Below, piece after piece: positions 16,964 through 27,757 of a DNA stretch of 64,000 bases. Source of the stretch: Gammaproteobacteria bacterium (GTDB taxonomy: Bacteria > Pseudomonadota > Gammaproteobacteria > UBA5861); NCBI GenBank assembly GCA_022360445.1, contig JAKSCV010000059.1, positions 11,897-75,896 on the forward strand, given 5' to 3'. The notes under the pieces are model-generated. The model saw nothing but the letters and a program-made list of their open reading frames with translations, had not been told where the DNA came from and ran no database searches. The position numbers and the translations under genes are program-made. Every line of letters starts with the position of its first letter. Position 1 is the first letter of the stretch.

Positions 16964-17532
16964 TTATCAATTAAGTCACAAATACTGTGAATAATGACAA
17001 GATGTGTTTCCTGAATGCGGGCTGTTTTTTCAGCGGGTACTCGAATTTCAAGGTCATGTTCAGCGAGGAGGGGGGCTAATTTACCGCCATCTTTTCCAGA
17101 TACGGCAATGGTTTTTAACCCGCGATCATGGGCTGCTTGCAGCGCTGGTAGAAGGTTTGCAGAGTTCCCGCTGGTGGTAAACATGAGCAAAATATCACCT
17201 TGAAGGCCGATCGCACGAACTTGGCGTTCAAAAATTTTTTCATAGCTGTAGTCGTTTGAGATTGATGTCAGTGTCGGGGTATCTGTCGTGAGTGCAATAG
17301 CAGGTAGAGCGGGTCTCTCCATTTCGTAGCGATTGATCATTTCCGAAGAAAAGTGTGCGGCGTCCCCGGCCGATCCGCCGTTGCCGCACGTCAGTATTTT
17401 ATGTCCGGAAATTAACGCGGCATGAATGGTTTCAGCTGCGCGGGCAACTTGGCCTGAAAGAATATTGAGTGATTTTTCTTTGACTTTAATACTTTCTTCG
17501 AAATGTTCCCGAACAATACTGGTGGTGTCCAT
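16936..17532 (-). CDS. diaA: SIS-domain protein of the DiaA/GmhA family; context favours DnaA initiator-associating DiaA
   Basis: CGNGGSAGDAAHFSSEMINRYEMERPALPAIALTTD...ARIQETHLVIIHSICDLID is closer to E. coli DiaA than to GmhA. It sits in the conserved rsmI-lpoA-yraN-diaA cluster. Confidence 0.65.
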   Translation of the reverse strand: MDTTSIVREHFEESIKVKEKSLNILSGQVARAAETIHAALISGHKILTCGNGGSAGDAAHFSSEMINRYEMERPALPAIALTTDTPTLTSISNDYSYEKIFERQVRAIGLQGDILLMFTTSGNSANLLPALQAAHDRGLKTIAVSGKDGGKLAPLLAEHDLEIRVPAEKTARIQETHLVIIHSICDLIDKLLFGNPNE

Positions 17533-17565
17533 AGGTAAATCCTTAGAGATGATATCAGTTGGTCG

Positions 17566-17946
17566 CTAGCCCTGTGACTCAAAGGCATTTTGTATCCATT
17601 GAATGTGGGCGTTGAGGTCGTTACCGGTGTGATGGTCTATTGCAATAACGTCGAAACGAGTATTAGGCGGTGACTTAAACTTTTGCAAGTATACCAGTGC
17701 TGTTTTGATCAATTTTTGTTGCTTAGTAATGTTTATGCTGGATGCCGCATTTCCATAGAGAGATTTTTTTCTCGACCGTACTTCCACAAAAACCAGTGTG
17801 GCATTGTGATCGCGCATGATGAGATCAATTTCTCCCCAGCGTGAATGAAAGTTCTGAGATTCCAGCTTTAACCCTTGTTGGGTTAAATAGTGCAAAGCGG
17901 CTCTTTCCGCCTGCTTACCGATAGTTGTGGTTTTTGCTTTCAGCAA
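17566..17946 (-). CDS. yraN: UPF0102 family protein YraN
   Basis: GEIDLIMRDHNATLVFVEVRSRK...ITKQQKLIKTA matches YraN. Confidence 0.8.
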   Translation of the reverse strand: MLKAKTTTIGKQAERAALHYLTQQGLKLESQNFHSRWGEIDLIMRDHNATLVFVEVRSRKKSLYGNAASSINITKQQKLIKTALVYLQKFKSPPNTRFDVIAIDHHTGNDLNAHIQWIQNAFESQG

Positions 17947-17950
17947 TCCT

Positions 17951-19858
17951 TTACTCCTGTTTTTCGATCAGGGATGCGGGTTGATTTGGGGTATGTCTCG
18001 GGGTGGGTGATCCATCAGAAAACTCTGCCTGGCTGAGTTTCCGGTGGATGCGGCCGCTGACATCGAGAAACAGTTTACCGGAACGACCGTCAAAAAATGC
18101 ATCAGATGAGCTCTTGAGTGTTTCGATATTTGGCAGTAGTTGATAAGCATCGACCCCCAGTGCATAAAACCGTGTATAGCGATGTGCGTCTGGCCAGTGT
18201 TTTTTGATTTGGGCAAATAATGGATCTTCCTGTGATGAGTCCGTGTGCCACGGGATGTCGATAAAAATCAGGCCGTTGAGATCACGGTCTACATCCGTAT
18301 CTACTTCGCCACTAAAGGCATGGGAAGTGGAAAATGTGGGGATGTCGCCTGCATAGTGAAATTTGAGCTGTGGCATAATTTGCCGGGCCTCTATCGGCGC
18401 TGCAACGAGTAAAATTAGGTCAGTGTCCTGGCGTCGGGTTGGTATAAACTCAAGCTTTGTGCCCAACGTGTTTTCGAGCTGGCGGTGACGTGCAAGACTT
18501 TCCGTAATATTGAGCGTGCCACGGATAGGGGCAGAGAAATCCGAAGTGCCGGGGTTGAATCGACCTTGCTTTAAAACGGTGCCCCCCAATGCCCGGTAAT
18601 GCTGGGTAAAGCTCTGAGCAATACGTTTGGCCCAATCGGTGTTTTCCAGTAGTAAAACCGCGTGAGTCAGTTGTTCCTGAATAGCATGTTCGGCAATTTG
18701 CCGCCCTTCATCTTCGGGCAATAGCCCGAATTGGGTCATGCCCTCAGGCAAATTGGAGGCCTGATCCTGGCTGTAGTTCAGCGCAAGGGTGGGCACAGGA
18801 AGTTTGGGGGGGGCGCTAAGCAATGTAACGGCCTGCTTTTGCAGTGGGCCAACAATATGCTCAGCCCCATTCTCGATCGCCTGGTTATAATATTGCCAAA
18901 TGGTACTTGGGTCTGTGCCAGTATCTTGGATGACGACAGTAGGGCGACTAGGGTTTTGGTCGTCGGCAAAATAGGCGGCGAGGAAACCGTCTCGGACTGC
19001 GTGTGATGCGGGGCCGGCTGGTCCTGACAGGGGTAATAGCAGTGTGATCATGCGAGGCTGAGGAGTGGTGCGGCTAATTCTTTCAAGTAACAGCTGCCCA
19101 TAGCTGCTTACAAGTGGGTGCCCGGGATGAAAAGCAGCCCAGTTTTGATATTCTTCAGCTAAGTCGATGCGCTCCCTCCGGGCGGCGTTAATTGCCAGCG
19201 CAAATTTAATCCATCCGATGAGTTCAGTATTTTGATGCTGGGCTTTCTGCATCAAAAGCACTTCATCAGGCTGTTTGTTCAGGAGAATCCAGATTTTGTC
19301 ATAATTGCTTGTTTGTGCCTCTGGGTTGTCTCTGAGTAGTGACGAGAGTGCTTGTCGATCAAGTAACGCTTTATACAACTGGTTTGTTTGAGTGAATCCA
19401 CGGGCACGTGTTTCCAGTAAGCGAACTTGTGTGCTCTGCTCCATAGCGCCGCTGAAGTTGGGTAGCGTGGCTAAGGCGGTGTCGGGCTGCGATTGGTACA
19501 GCCATGCTTGTGCTTGGAGTATTTTTTTACGGTTTTCCAGCCCCGGGTGCACCTGATCCGCGGCTAATTGAGTCAGCCGGTTGGCCGCCAGCTCAGGGTA
19601 GCCCGAGTCGAAAAGAATTTCAGACGCTTGTATCTGCAATTCAACTTTTAACTTGAGTGATGCCTCAGCCATATGCTTATCGAGCAAACGAATGGCGGCG
19701 AGCGGCCGACCTTCTCCCATCGCTTGCGTGATTTCTTCATCAAGTGATGGACTTGCTCTATCCTTCGATGGGGCATACCTTTGTGTGCTGCAAGCAGCCA
19801 CCAGCAAACAAAGTGCAACTAAAAGATTTGTTCTAATAAGACGATTTACTCTAATCAT
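17951..19858 (-). CDS. lpoA: Penicillin-binding protein activator LpoA
   Basis: 635 aa; signal/lipoprotein N-terminus (LVALCLLVAACST), TPR-like N-terminal domain, periplasmic-binding-like C-domain; conserved position between yraN and rsmI. Confidence 0.75.
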   Translation of the reverse strand: MIRVNRLIRTNLLVALCLLVAACSTQRYAPSKDRASPSLDEEITQAMGEGRPLAAIRLLDKHMAEASLKLKVELQIQASEILFDSGYPELAANRLTQLAADQVHPGLENRKKILQAQAWLYQSQPDTALATLPNFSGAMEQSTQVRLLETRARGFTQTNQLYKALLDRQALSSLLRDNPEAQTSNYDKIWILLNKQPDEVLLMQKAQHQNTELIGWIKFALAINAARRERIDLAEEYQNWAAFHPGHPLVSSYGQLLLERISRTTPQPRMITLLLPLSGPAGPASHAVRDGFLAAYFADDQNPSRPTVVIQDTGTDPSTIWQYYNQAIENGAEHIVGPLQKQAVTLLSAPPKLPVPTLALNYSQDQASNLPEGMTQFGLLPEDEGRQIAEHAIQEQLTHAVLLLENTDWAKRIAQSFTQHYRALGGTVLKQGRFNPGTSDFSAPIRGTLNITESLARHRQLENTLGTKLEFIPTRRQDTDLILLVAAPIEARQIMPQLKFHYAGDIPTFSTSHAFSGEVDTDVDRDLNGLIFIDIPWHTDSSQEDPLFAQIKKHWPDAHRYTRFYALGVDAYQLLPNIETLKSSSDAFFDGRSGKLFLDVSGRIHRKLSQAEFSDGSPTPRHTPNQPASLIEKQE

Positions 19859-19921
19859 TGGTGAGGGCCCTGAGTCAGTGTGTTATTTTAACCAATCAGG
19901 ATCCTTAGGGCCTAAAAATTT

Positions 19922-20794
19922 GTGATTAATAATCAGGCAATGTCTACAATTAACCCGGGTGTTCTCTATGTCGTAGCTACACCGATTGGTCATCAAAGCG
20001 ATTTAAGTCCGCGTGCCAAAGAAGTACTAGAGCAAGTTGACCTTGTATTGGCCGAAGATACTCGCCATACCGGGCGTTTATTAAAACACTTGGGTATTCA
20101 ATGCCGCTTACGGTCATTGCACGAGCATAATGAGCGGGCTATTACAGCAAGTCTAATCGAGCAGCTTCAGAAAGGCGCTGCTATCGCATTGGTCTCTGAT
20201 GCGGGTACGCCCTTGATCAGTGACCCTGGTTTTTTTCTTGTTCGTGAATGTCACGGTCACGGGCTCTCGGTGTCACCTGTTCCAGGAGCCTGCGCGGCTA
20301 TTGCGGCGTTATCTGTAAGCGGGTTGCCAACAGACCATTTCACGTTTGAAGGTTTTTTACCGGCAAAGTCAGCTGCCCGGTTAGCCACTTTAGAGGCGCT
20401 TTCTGAGCAAAAATCAACCTTGGTTTTCTATGAGTCCAGCCATCGAATCTTGAGTTGCCTCGCAGATATGTGCCAAATTTTTGGAGAAGGCCGTCATGCA
20501 ACACTCTGCCGTGAATTAACAAAACGTTATGAAACCGTGCGTTCGGATACCTTATTTGAACTTTGCGAATGGGCTTCTGAGGATGCAGATCAGCAGCGCG
20601 GTGAGTTTGTCATCGTTGTTGCTGGAAATAAAACCTCAGAGCAAGCTGATGACCAAGAGCTTGATAAACTGCTTCGTGTGCTCATGGTTGATGTTTCGTT
20701 AAAAACGGCAGCAGGCATGGCATCACGTTACTTTGGCATAGCCAAGAACGAAGCCTATCAGCGCGCACTGTCTTTAAAGAATCAAACGGACTGA
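19922..20794 (+). CDS. rsmI: 16S rRNA (cytidine1402-2'-O)-methyltransferase
   Basis: VLYVVATPIGHQSDLSPRA...LVSDAGTPLISDPG...FEGFLP motifs; divergent from lpoA. Confidence 0.85.
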   Translation: MINNQAMSTINPGVLYVVATPIGHQSDLSPRAKEVLEQVDLVLAEDTRHTGRLLKHLGIQCRLRSLHEHNERAITASLIEQLQKGAAIALVSDAGTPLISDPGFFLVRECHGHGLSVSPVPGACAAIAALSVSGLPTDHFTFEGFLPAKSAARLATLEALSEQKSTLVFYESSHRILSCLADMCQIFGEGRHATLCRELTKRYETVRSDTLFELCEWASEDADQQRGEFVIVVAGNKTSEQADDQELDKLLRVLMVDVSLKTAAGMASRYFGIAKNEAYQRALSLKNQTD

Positions 20795-20898
20795 TTATTA
20801 CTTACCCCATGTGCATCTGGCTTTTGCTTAGCGATATGTAACCGTCTAATTTGCAGGCAGTTTCTACATTACGTCCGGATTTGTGGTACTCTTCAACC

Positions 20899-21238
<340 letters not shown>

Positions 21239-21409
21239 TTCCTTATTTTATCTCTCTTTAGATCAACTCCTTACAAAGTACATTAGCTTGCGGATTTAAC
21301 CGCATGAATTCCTAAATTAATTTATTTCTCTTTGCTTTTTTCCTTATGGCTTTCTCGCTAACTCCTTGTTGTTTAAAGAAATAGCTCTCAAAAATAAAGC
21401 GGCTTTTTG

Positions 21410-21438
21410 CTTGACACATTGCTATTTAGCTACCATAG
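21410..21438 (+). promoter_or_regulatory. Pmra-like sigma70 promoter: TTGACA, 17 nt spacer, CATAGT
   Basis: Read directly upstream of mraZ. Confidence 0.55.
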
Positions 21439-21476
21439 TGTGGTTAAGTGGTGAATTGTGGGGAACTGTGGGTATT
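21437..21476 (+). promoter_or_regulatory. MraZ operator: four tandem 10-bp direct repeats GTGTGGTTAA / GTGGTGAATT / GTGGGGAACT / GTGGGTATTT
   Basis: GTGG-containing repeats at exact 10-bp spacing, immediately downstream of the -10, as described for E. coli Pmra. Confidence 0.6.
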
Positions 21477-21952
21477 TATCCCTAAGTTATAAAAAGTTGT
21501 TTCGAGGCGTACGACACTTGAATGTGGATTCCAAAGGTCGCATAGCGATACCTGCGTGCTATCGGGATTGCCTGCAAGAGGATGATGCAGGGCGCATTGT
21601 GGTGACTGCTGAAAAAGACCCCTGCTTATTGATCTTTCCACTAACAGAGTGGGAGCTTGTTGAAAGGCGATTGATGAAGTTGCCTAATTTGAACAGCAAA
21701 ACACGCGCATTGCAGCGGCTCTACATTGGGCATGCCACGGATGGTGAGCTGGACTCCCAGGGGCGCGTGCTGATTCCGACGCCGCTACGTGAGTTTGCGG
21801 GTATTGAAAAGCGAGCCGTGCTAACAGGGCAGGGCAATAAATTTGAATTATGGGATGAGGAGCTATACCAAAGCCGACGTGAAGGTTGGTTGGATGAATT
21901 GCGGTCGGAGGAAGAAGAGTCCTCTGATGGGTTAGCAAATTTCTCGTTGTAA
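21458..21952 (+). CDS. mraZ: Transcriptional regulator MraZ
   Basis: LFRGVRHLNVDSKGRIAIPACYRD... and a second SpoVT/AbrB-like half. The true start is probably the TTG about 39 nt downstream (KLFRGV), which would place the operator repeats outside the CDS. Confidence 0.85.
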   Translation: MGNCGYLSLSYKKLFRGVRHLNVDSKGRIAIPACYRDCLQEDDAGRIVVTAEKDPCLLIFPLTEWELVERRLMKLPNLNSKTRALQRLYIGHATDGELDSQGRVLIPTPLREFAGIEKRAVLTGQGNKFELWDEELYQSRREGWLDELRSEEEESSDGLANFSL

Positions 21953-21965
21953 ATAAGGCAATCGT

Positions 21966-22901
21966 GTGGGAATAGAAAACGCGCATCAAACAGTGTTATT
22001 GACTGAAGCCATTCACGCGCTATCCGTGAAGACTAATGGTATTTATGTCGACTGCACCTACGGGCGGGGCGGGCACAGTGAAGAAATACTTCTAGGGCTG
22101 GGCGAGGCTGGCCGTTTACTCGCTTTCGACCGTGATCCAGTGGCTGTCAGCAAGGCGCACGCTACGCTCCAGCACGATGAGCGTTTCCAGATTTTTCAGG
22201 AAAATTTTAACGAGCTTGGTGTCGTGGTGGAGCAACAAGGTTTATCAGGCCAGATTGATGGTGTGTTGATGGATTTAGGTGTTTCTTCCCCACAGTTTGA
22301 CGAGGCGGCTCGGGGTTTCAGCTTTCAAACGCCTGGCCCGATTGATATGCGGATGGATACAAGCCGAGGGCTGACTGCTAAAGAGTGGTTGGGAAGTGCC
22401 AAGGAAGAAGAGGTTGCTGATGTCATATGGCAGTACGGCGAAGAGCGTTATAGCCGCCGCATTGCGCGCGCCATTAAATCGGCGCTGCAGCAAGGTGATA
22501 TGAGCAATACTGTACAGCTTGCGGAAGTGATTTCGGCAGCTATTCCTCGCTGGGAAAAAAACAAGCACCCGGCCACGCGAACTTTTCAGGCGATTCGAAT
22601 TCATATCAACGACGAATTAGCTTCGATCAAGGCCGCTCTGCAACAGGCCGTTGATGTGCTCTGCTTAGGTGGACGCCTGGTGGTGATTAGCTTTCACTCA
22701 TTGGAAGATCGCCTCGTCAAGCACTTTATCCGAAACTGGGAGCGGCCAGTTTCTCCGGTGCGTGGCTTACCTCCACCCGACACTCATTGGAAGCAACGGC
22801 TTAAAAGCTTGGGGAAGGCGGTTCGGCCTCAAGAGGATGAAATTAAGCGCAACCCCAGGGCTAGAAGTGCCGTGATGCGCGTGGCGGAGCGGGTGGCATG
22901 A
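21966..22901 (+). CDS. rsmH: 16S rRNA m4C1402 methyltransferase
   Basis: YVDCTYGRGGHS, LAFDRDP, GVLMDLGVSS motifs. Confidence 0.9.
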   Translation: MGIENAHQTVLLTEAIHALSVKTNGIYVDCTYGRGGHSEEILLGLGEAGRLLAFDRDPVAVSKAHATLQHDERFQIFQENFNELGVVVEQQGLSGQIDGVLMDLGVSSPQFDEAARGFSFQTPGPIDMRMDTSRGLTAKEWLGSAKEEEVADVIWQYGEERYSRRIARAIKSALQQGDMSNTVQLAEVISAAIPRWEKNKHPATRTFQAIRIHINDELASIKAALQQAVDVLCLGGRLVVISFHSLEDRLVKHFIRNWERPVSPVRGLPPPDTHWKQRLKSLGKAVRPQEDEIKRNPRARSAVMRVAERVA

Positions 22902-23164
22902 AACTGCAGACGTTCATCATTTTTGGCGTACTCGGTGCAGTTGTGATCTCAGCGGTAGAAATCGTGGCGGCGAAGCATCGCGCTCGCGTTTTATTCAGTG
23001 AATCCCAGTACTTGGAATCCGTTGAGGATCAGCTCAACCAGGAATGGGGGCAACTGTTGCTTGAGCAAGGTGTTTGGGCCGCGCATAGGCGAATCGAAAG
23101 TGTCGCGGTAGAAGAGCTAAAAATGCGCGTTCCTCAAATCAGTGACATTAAGATGGTGCAGTAA
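22898..23164 (+). CDS. ftsL: Cell division protein FtsL
   Basis: 88 aa, single TM, coiled-coil, located between rsmH and ftsI. The ATGA overlap indicates translational coupling. Confidence 0.8.
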   Translation: MKLQTFIIFGVLGAVVISAVEIVAAKHRARVLFSESQYLESVEDQLNQEWGQLLLEQGVWAAHRRIESVAVEELKMRVPQISDIKMVQ

Positions 23165-24876
23165 TGGGTAAAGTGAAAGCCAAAGCAGAGATGCATAATC
23201 GCAGAACGATCGCATTTGCGATTGTGGTTGCGGTTGCGGTTGGCTTGCTTGCGCGCACGGGTTATTTACAGCTGATCGGGAATGACAAGCTTCAACAAGA
23301 GGCCGCTAAACGGCAAGTGAGACATGTCAGTGTGCCGGCTTATCGAGGCATGTTACTGGATCGCCATGGGGAGCCGTTGGCGATCAGCACGCCCATGCCA
23401 TCTGTCTACGTGAACCCACAACAATTTATTCAATACCCTGAGAAGTGGCCAGTGCTTGCGAAGGCGTTGGGTATCAGTCAGAGCGATCTGGAAGAACGAT
23501 TGCAGTCATCTCAACACTTAAAATTCATCTATTTGCGCAGGTTGGTGCAGCCGCAAACGGCCAGAGAAGTCCGGGCTCTTAAAAAATACGGTGTTGGTCT
23601 GGAGCGTGCATTTAGACGTTACTATCCTGCGGCCGATGTCAGTGCGCAGTTGGTGGGGTTCACCAATATCAGCGATCGAGGGCAAGAAGGTATTGAGCTG
23701 GCTTTGGACGAACAATTGGCTGGAGTGCCGGGCGAACGTCGCCTGCTGATTAATTTACGTCAGCAAGGTGTTGAAGCCATCGGGGGGGAAGTTAAGCCGG
23801 TTAAACCCGGGCGTGATGTTCAGTTGAGCATTGATATCCGGTTGCAGTATCTGGTCTATCGTGAATTGCAGGATGCGGTTGAAAAGTATCAGGCCAGGGC
23901 TGGTTCAGCGGTGGTTATGAATGTACACACCGGTGAAGTGGTGGCACTGGTCAATCAACCATCCTTTAATCCCAACGATGTCAGTGAGCGTTTCGGTGAG
24001 TCGCCACGCAATCGCGTTGTGACGGATCTCCTGGAGCCGGGCTCGACCATGAAAATTTTTCTGATGGCGGCTGCGCTTGAGTCGGGGCAGTATCGCCTGT
24101 CAGATAAAATCCCAACGGCTCCCGGTCATGTCCGTATTGGCAAATACACCATTAAAGACCACCGTAATTACGGAACATTGGACTTGTCTGGGATTATTCA
24201 AAAATCGAGCAATGTCGGGGTCACCCGGATTGCATTGGGGTTAGACCCTGTGCAGCAATGGGAAGTGTTAGACCGTTTTGGCTTTGGACATTTGACCGGC
24301 AGTGAGTTCCCTGGAGAAGTAGAAGGGAAGCTCACGCACGGCAGTGAGTGGGGGCGGATACAACAGGCGACCGTGACGTTTGGTTACGGTGTTTCTGTGA
24401 CCACGCTCCAGCTTGCCCGGGCTTATGCTGCGATTGCCTCGGGCGGCACGCTGCCAGACGTCACGTTTCTCAAACAGAAAAAGCAGCGCTCAGGTACGCG
24501 GATTATTAATGAACAAACTGCCCGGGTTTTACAGATGATGCTGGAGACCGTTATCCGGCCTGAAGGAACCGGTTATCGTGCGCGCGTGAGTGGTTACCGC
24601 GTTGCGGGTAAAACGGGTACATCACGTAAATCTATTGCGGGCGGGTACTCTGAAGATCGCTATTATGCCTTGTTTGCGGGCTTTGCGCCGGCTTCACGGC
24701 CTGAGTATGTCGCCGTTGTCGCGATTGATGAGCCTATTGGTGAGACGGTGTCAGGCGGCTCAGTGGCCGCTCCCGTGTTTTCACAAATCATGGCCGGTAC
24801 GCTGCGTCTTATGGGCAGTGTGCCGGATAAGTTGAAAACGGCCGGCGTCAATCGATCCAAGGGGGCCGGGTCGTGA
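23164..24876 (+). CDS. ftsI: Peptidoglycan D,D-transpeptidase FtsI (PBP3)
   Basis: STMK (SxxK), SSN and KTGT motifs; 570 aa. Confidence 0.9.
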   Translation: MGKVKAKAEMHNRRTIAFAIVVAVAVGLLARTGYLQLIGNDKLQQEAAKRQVRHVSVPAYRGMLLDRHGEPLAISTPMPSVYVNPQQFIQYPEKWPVLAKALGISQSDLEERLQSSQHLKFIYLRRLVQPQTAREVRALKKYGVGLERAFRRYYPAADVSAQLVGFTNISDRGQEGIELALDEQLAGVPGERRLLINLRQQGVEAIGGEVKPVKPGRDVQLSIDIRLQYLVYRELQDAVEKYQARAGSAVVMNVHTGEVVALVNQPSFNPNDVSERFGESPRNRVVTDLLEPGSTMKIFLMAAALESGQYRLSDKIPTAPGHVRIGKYTIKDHRNYGTLDLSGIIQKSSNVGVTRIALGLDPVQQWEVLDRFGFGHLTGSEFPGEVEGKLTHGSEWGRIQQATVTFGYGVSVTTLQLARAYAAIASGGTLPDVTFLKQKKQRSGTRIINEQTARVLQMMLETVIRPEGTGYRARVSGYRVAGKTGTSRKSIAGGYSEDRYYALFAGFAPASRPEYVAVVAIDEPIGETVSGGSVAAPVFSQIMAGTLRLMGSVPDKLKTAGVNRSKGAGS

Positions 24877-26402
24877 TGGCGGTACGTTCCTCTCAATATA
24901 GCGATATGCCACTGTCTACCTTATTAGACGGCTGGGTCCCGTCGACTGCTTTTCAAGAGGTTGTGATTTCAGGCATTGCCTCTGACAGCCGTCAGCTGGA
25001 TGCCGGGTATCTGTTTTTAGCCTTACCAGGCGATCACCACCACGGTTTGGATTTTATACAACAAGCCCTTACAGCAGGCATTGCGGCTCTTTGCTATTGC
25101 GAGGGGGACCCTCGATTCGAGACAGTGCAAAAATACGTTGATGAGGCGGGTATAACGGCGGTGCCAGTCGTTGGACTTAGAAGAAAAGCAGGGCAAATTG
25201 CCGATCGTTTTTATCATCATCCCAGTCAGCACCTTTCAGTGATCGGTGTGACAGGTACGGATGGGAAGACGTCGGTGACCCACATCATCGCTCAGGCATT
25301 GAGCACAAAAACGTCACCTTGTGGCGTCATCGGGACATTGGGCAATGGTGTGCCGGGACAGCTCGCGGCAACAGGGATGACGACGCCGGATGCGATTTCA
25401 GTGCAAAAGACGCTTTCCGATTTGGTTGCGCAAGGCGCGGCATCTATTGCCATGGAAGTTTCGTCTCATGCCATGGTGCAGGAGCGAGTCAATGGTGTTG
25501 ATTTTGATATCGCCGTCTTAACCAATCTTGGACGGGATCACCTGGATTATCACGGTGATTTACAAACCTATCGTGACGCGAAAGCAAAACTGTTCGACAT
25601 GTCGGGGCTGAAGCGTTTGGTTCTGAATGTGGATGACGCGTTTGGGCGGGAATTGCTGTTGGCTAAACGCTCACACAAGGCGGTCATGGGCTATTCCTGC
25701 CAGCCCGAGCCGCCGATGAAAGTTGATCACCTTGTTCATGCTACCCAAATCTTTGCGCAGCCAACAGGCTTGGTGATGCATGTGTCTACCGATGACGGTG
25801 TATTCATTCTAAACAGTCGCCTGCTGGGGGCTTTTAATGCCAGCAATCTCCTAGCCGCCTGGTGTGTGCTGGAGGCTTTGGGGCTGGCAGGAAAAGAGAT
25901 TGTTCGCCGCTTGGAAGAAGTGCGGCCAATACCCGGTCGGATGGAGTTGTTCAGTCAGCCTGGCTTCCCTCAGATTGTGGTCGACTATGCCCATACGCCT
26001 CAAGCATTGGAGTCTGCCTTGAGGGCTGTTCGTGAGCACGCAAAAAATAACATTTGGTGTGTTTTTGGTTGCGGGGGGGATCGTGATGCCGGTAAACGGC
26101 CATTGATGGGTGCGTTGGCTGAAAAACTCGCAGACCGAGTAGTGATCACGGATGATAACCCGCGTGATGAATCTGGACAGGCGATTATCGATCAAATTCT
26201 TGCGGGCGTTCAGTGCCCTCAGAATGTTTATGTTGAGCGAGATCGGGCTCAGGCCTTGGCGTATTCCTTTGAAAATGCACAACCCAGTGATCTCATTCTG
26301 GTAGCAGGCAAAGGGCATGAGGATTATCAAATTATACAAGGTCAGCGCCTTCACTTTAGCGATCGAGCCTGTGTTGCTGATATGTTGGGGGGCTCTACAT
26401 GA
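24873..26402 (+). CDS. murE: UDP-N-acetylmuramoyl-L-alanyl-D-glutamate--2,6-diaminopimelate ligase
   Basis: P-loop GVTGTDGKTS and the DNPR motif typical of meso-DAP-adding MurE. Confidence 0.9.
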   Translation: MMAVRSSQYSDMPLSTLLDGWVPSTAFQEVVISGIASDSRQLDAGYLFLALPGDHHHGLDFIQQALTAGIAALCYCEGDPRFETVQKYVDEAGITAVPVVGLRRKAGQIADRFYHHPSQHLSVIGVTGTDGKTSVTHIIAQALSTKTSPCGVIGTLGNGVPGQLAATGMTTPDAISVQKTLSDLVAQGAASIAMEVSSHAMVQERVNGVDFDIAVLTNLGRDHLDYHGDLQTYRDAKAKLFDMSGLKRLVLNVDDAFGRELLLAKRSHKAVMGYSCQPEPPMKVDHLVHATQIFAQPTGLVMHVSTDDGVFILNSRLLGAFNASNLLAAWCVLEALGLAGKEIVRRLEEVRPIPGRMELFSQPGFPQIVVDYAHTPQALESALRAVREHAKNNIWCVFGCGGDRDAGKRPLMGALAEKLADRVVITDDNPRDESGQAIIDQILAGVQCPQNVYVERDRAQALAYSFENAQPSDLILVAGKGHEDYQIIQGQRLHFSDRACVADMLGGST

Positions 26403-27757
26403 TGAGTTTATCTCTCCAGTCGATTGCGCAATATTGTGATGGACAACTGGTGGGCCAGGATCTGTCCATTACGCAGGTATGCACAGATACGCGCCAAGGC
26501 TGTGAAGACGCATTGTTTATTGCACTACAAGGCGCACGTTTTGATGCGCATAGCTTTGTGCAGGATGCCATAGCACACGGCGCGGTGGCGCTTGTTGTGA
26601 AAGACAGGCAACAAGTTGAGCAGCCGCAGGTTATCGTGCCGGATACACAGGTCGCATTGGGCCGTATTGCCGCCTTGTGGCGTCAGCAGCTAAGTATTCC
26701 GTTAATCGCGATTACTGGGAGTAATGGCAAAACAACCGTCAAGGAAATGTTGGCCGCTATTTTGAAACAAAAAGGGCCAGTGTTGGCGACTTCTGGCAAT
26801 TTTAACAATGAAATTGGTGTACCGTTGACGCTGCTGAACCTCCGGGAAACACACCGCTATGCCGTCTTGGAGCACGGCGCCAGTCACACAGGCGATATTG
26901 CTTACCTTGTTCAATTCAGCGCTCCGACCGTTGCTCTGGTCACGAATGCCGGTGCGGCTCACCTTGAAGGTTTCGGTAGCGTTGAAAAAGTCGCCCAGGC
27001 CAAGGGTGACATTTATGCCGGTCTGCAATCAACGGGTACAGCCGTCATTAATCTGGATGACCACTACAGCAAACTCTGGTTGACCATGAGCGCACACGCC
27101 CGGCAGCTCACGTTTGGTTTTTCGGCTCAGGCCGATGTGAGGGGGGAGATTGAGGCCGATGGGGTGTTTTCAATCCATTGGCAAAATAACAAAAAACGCA
27201 TCGCTTTGTCGCTCATCGGGCGGCATAACCAACAAAATGCACTGGCTGCGGCCACAGCGGCATTGGCGGTTGGTGCGACATTGGAGGAGATTCAAGCTGG
27301 TCTTGGATCGTGCCAGCCAGTTCCTGGCCGGTTGCAAACAATTCCATGCGGTCGGCTGACAGTCATTGACGATACTTATAACGCAAACCCTGATTCATTT
27401 GCCGTTGCACTTAAGTCCGCTGTGGCAGTGGGCGACAACGTTTGGTGTTTGATGGGTGATATGGGAGAAGTTGGCGAAGAGACTGAAAATGCTCATCGCA
27501 AAGTGGGTGTGTTGGCCCGTCAGTTAGGTGTGCGAAAGTTGCTTGCTCTAGGGTCTTTGTCTCAACGTGCTGCAGAAGCTTTCGGTGAGGGCGGGCATGT
27601 GTTCTCACAACAGGAAGCATTGGTTGACTGGGTTTGGGAAAATGCTGGCCCTGGAGCTGTGCTGCTTGTCAAGGGATCCCGTTCTGCACACATGGAGTTC
27701 GTAGTTCAGGCCCTGTTGGAAAAAACCAACAACCACGTGAAGGACGCCGCTCAATGA
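26399..27757 (+). CDS. murF: UDP-MurNAc-pentapeptide synthetase
   Basis: GSNGKTT P-loop; Mur ligase fold. Confidence 0.9.
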   Translation: MMSLSLQSIAQYCDGQLVGQDLSITQVCTDTRQGCEDALFIALQGARFDAHSFVQDAIAHGAVALVVKDRQQVEQPQVIVPDTQVALGRIAALWRQQLSIPLIAITGSNGKTTVKEMLAAILKQKGPVLATSGNFNNEIGVPLTLLNLRETHRYAVLEHGASHTGDIAYLVQFSAPTVALVTNAGAAHLEGFGSVEKVAQAKGDIYAGLQSTGTAVINLDDHYSKLWLTMSAHARQLTFGFSAQADVRGEIEADGVFSIHWQNNKKRIALSLIGRHNQQNALAAATAALAVGATLEEIQAGLGSCQPVPGRLQTIPCGRLTVIDDTYNANPDSFAVALKSAVAVGDNVWCLMGDMGEVGEETENAHRKVGVLARQLGVRKLLALGSLSQRAAEAFGEGGHVFSQQEALVDWVWENAGPGAVLLVKGSRSAHMEFVVQALLEKTNNHVKDAAQ

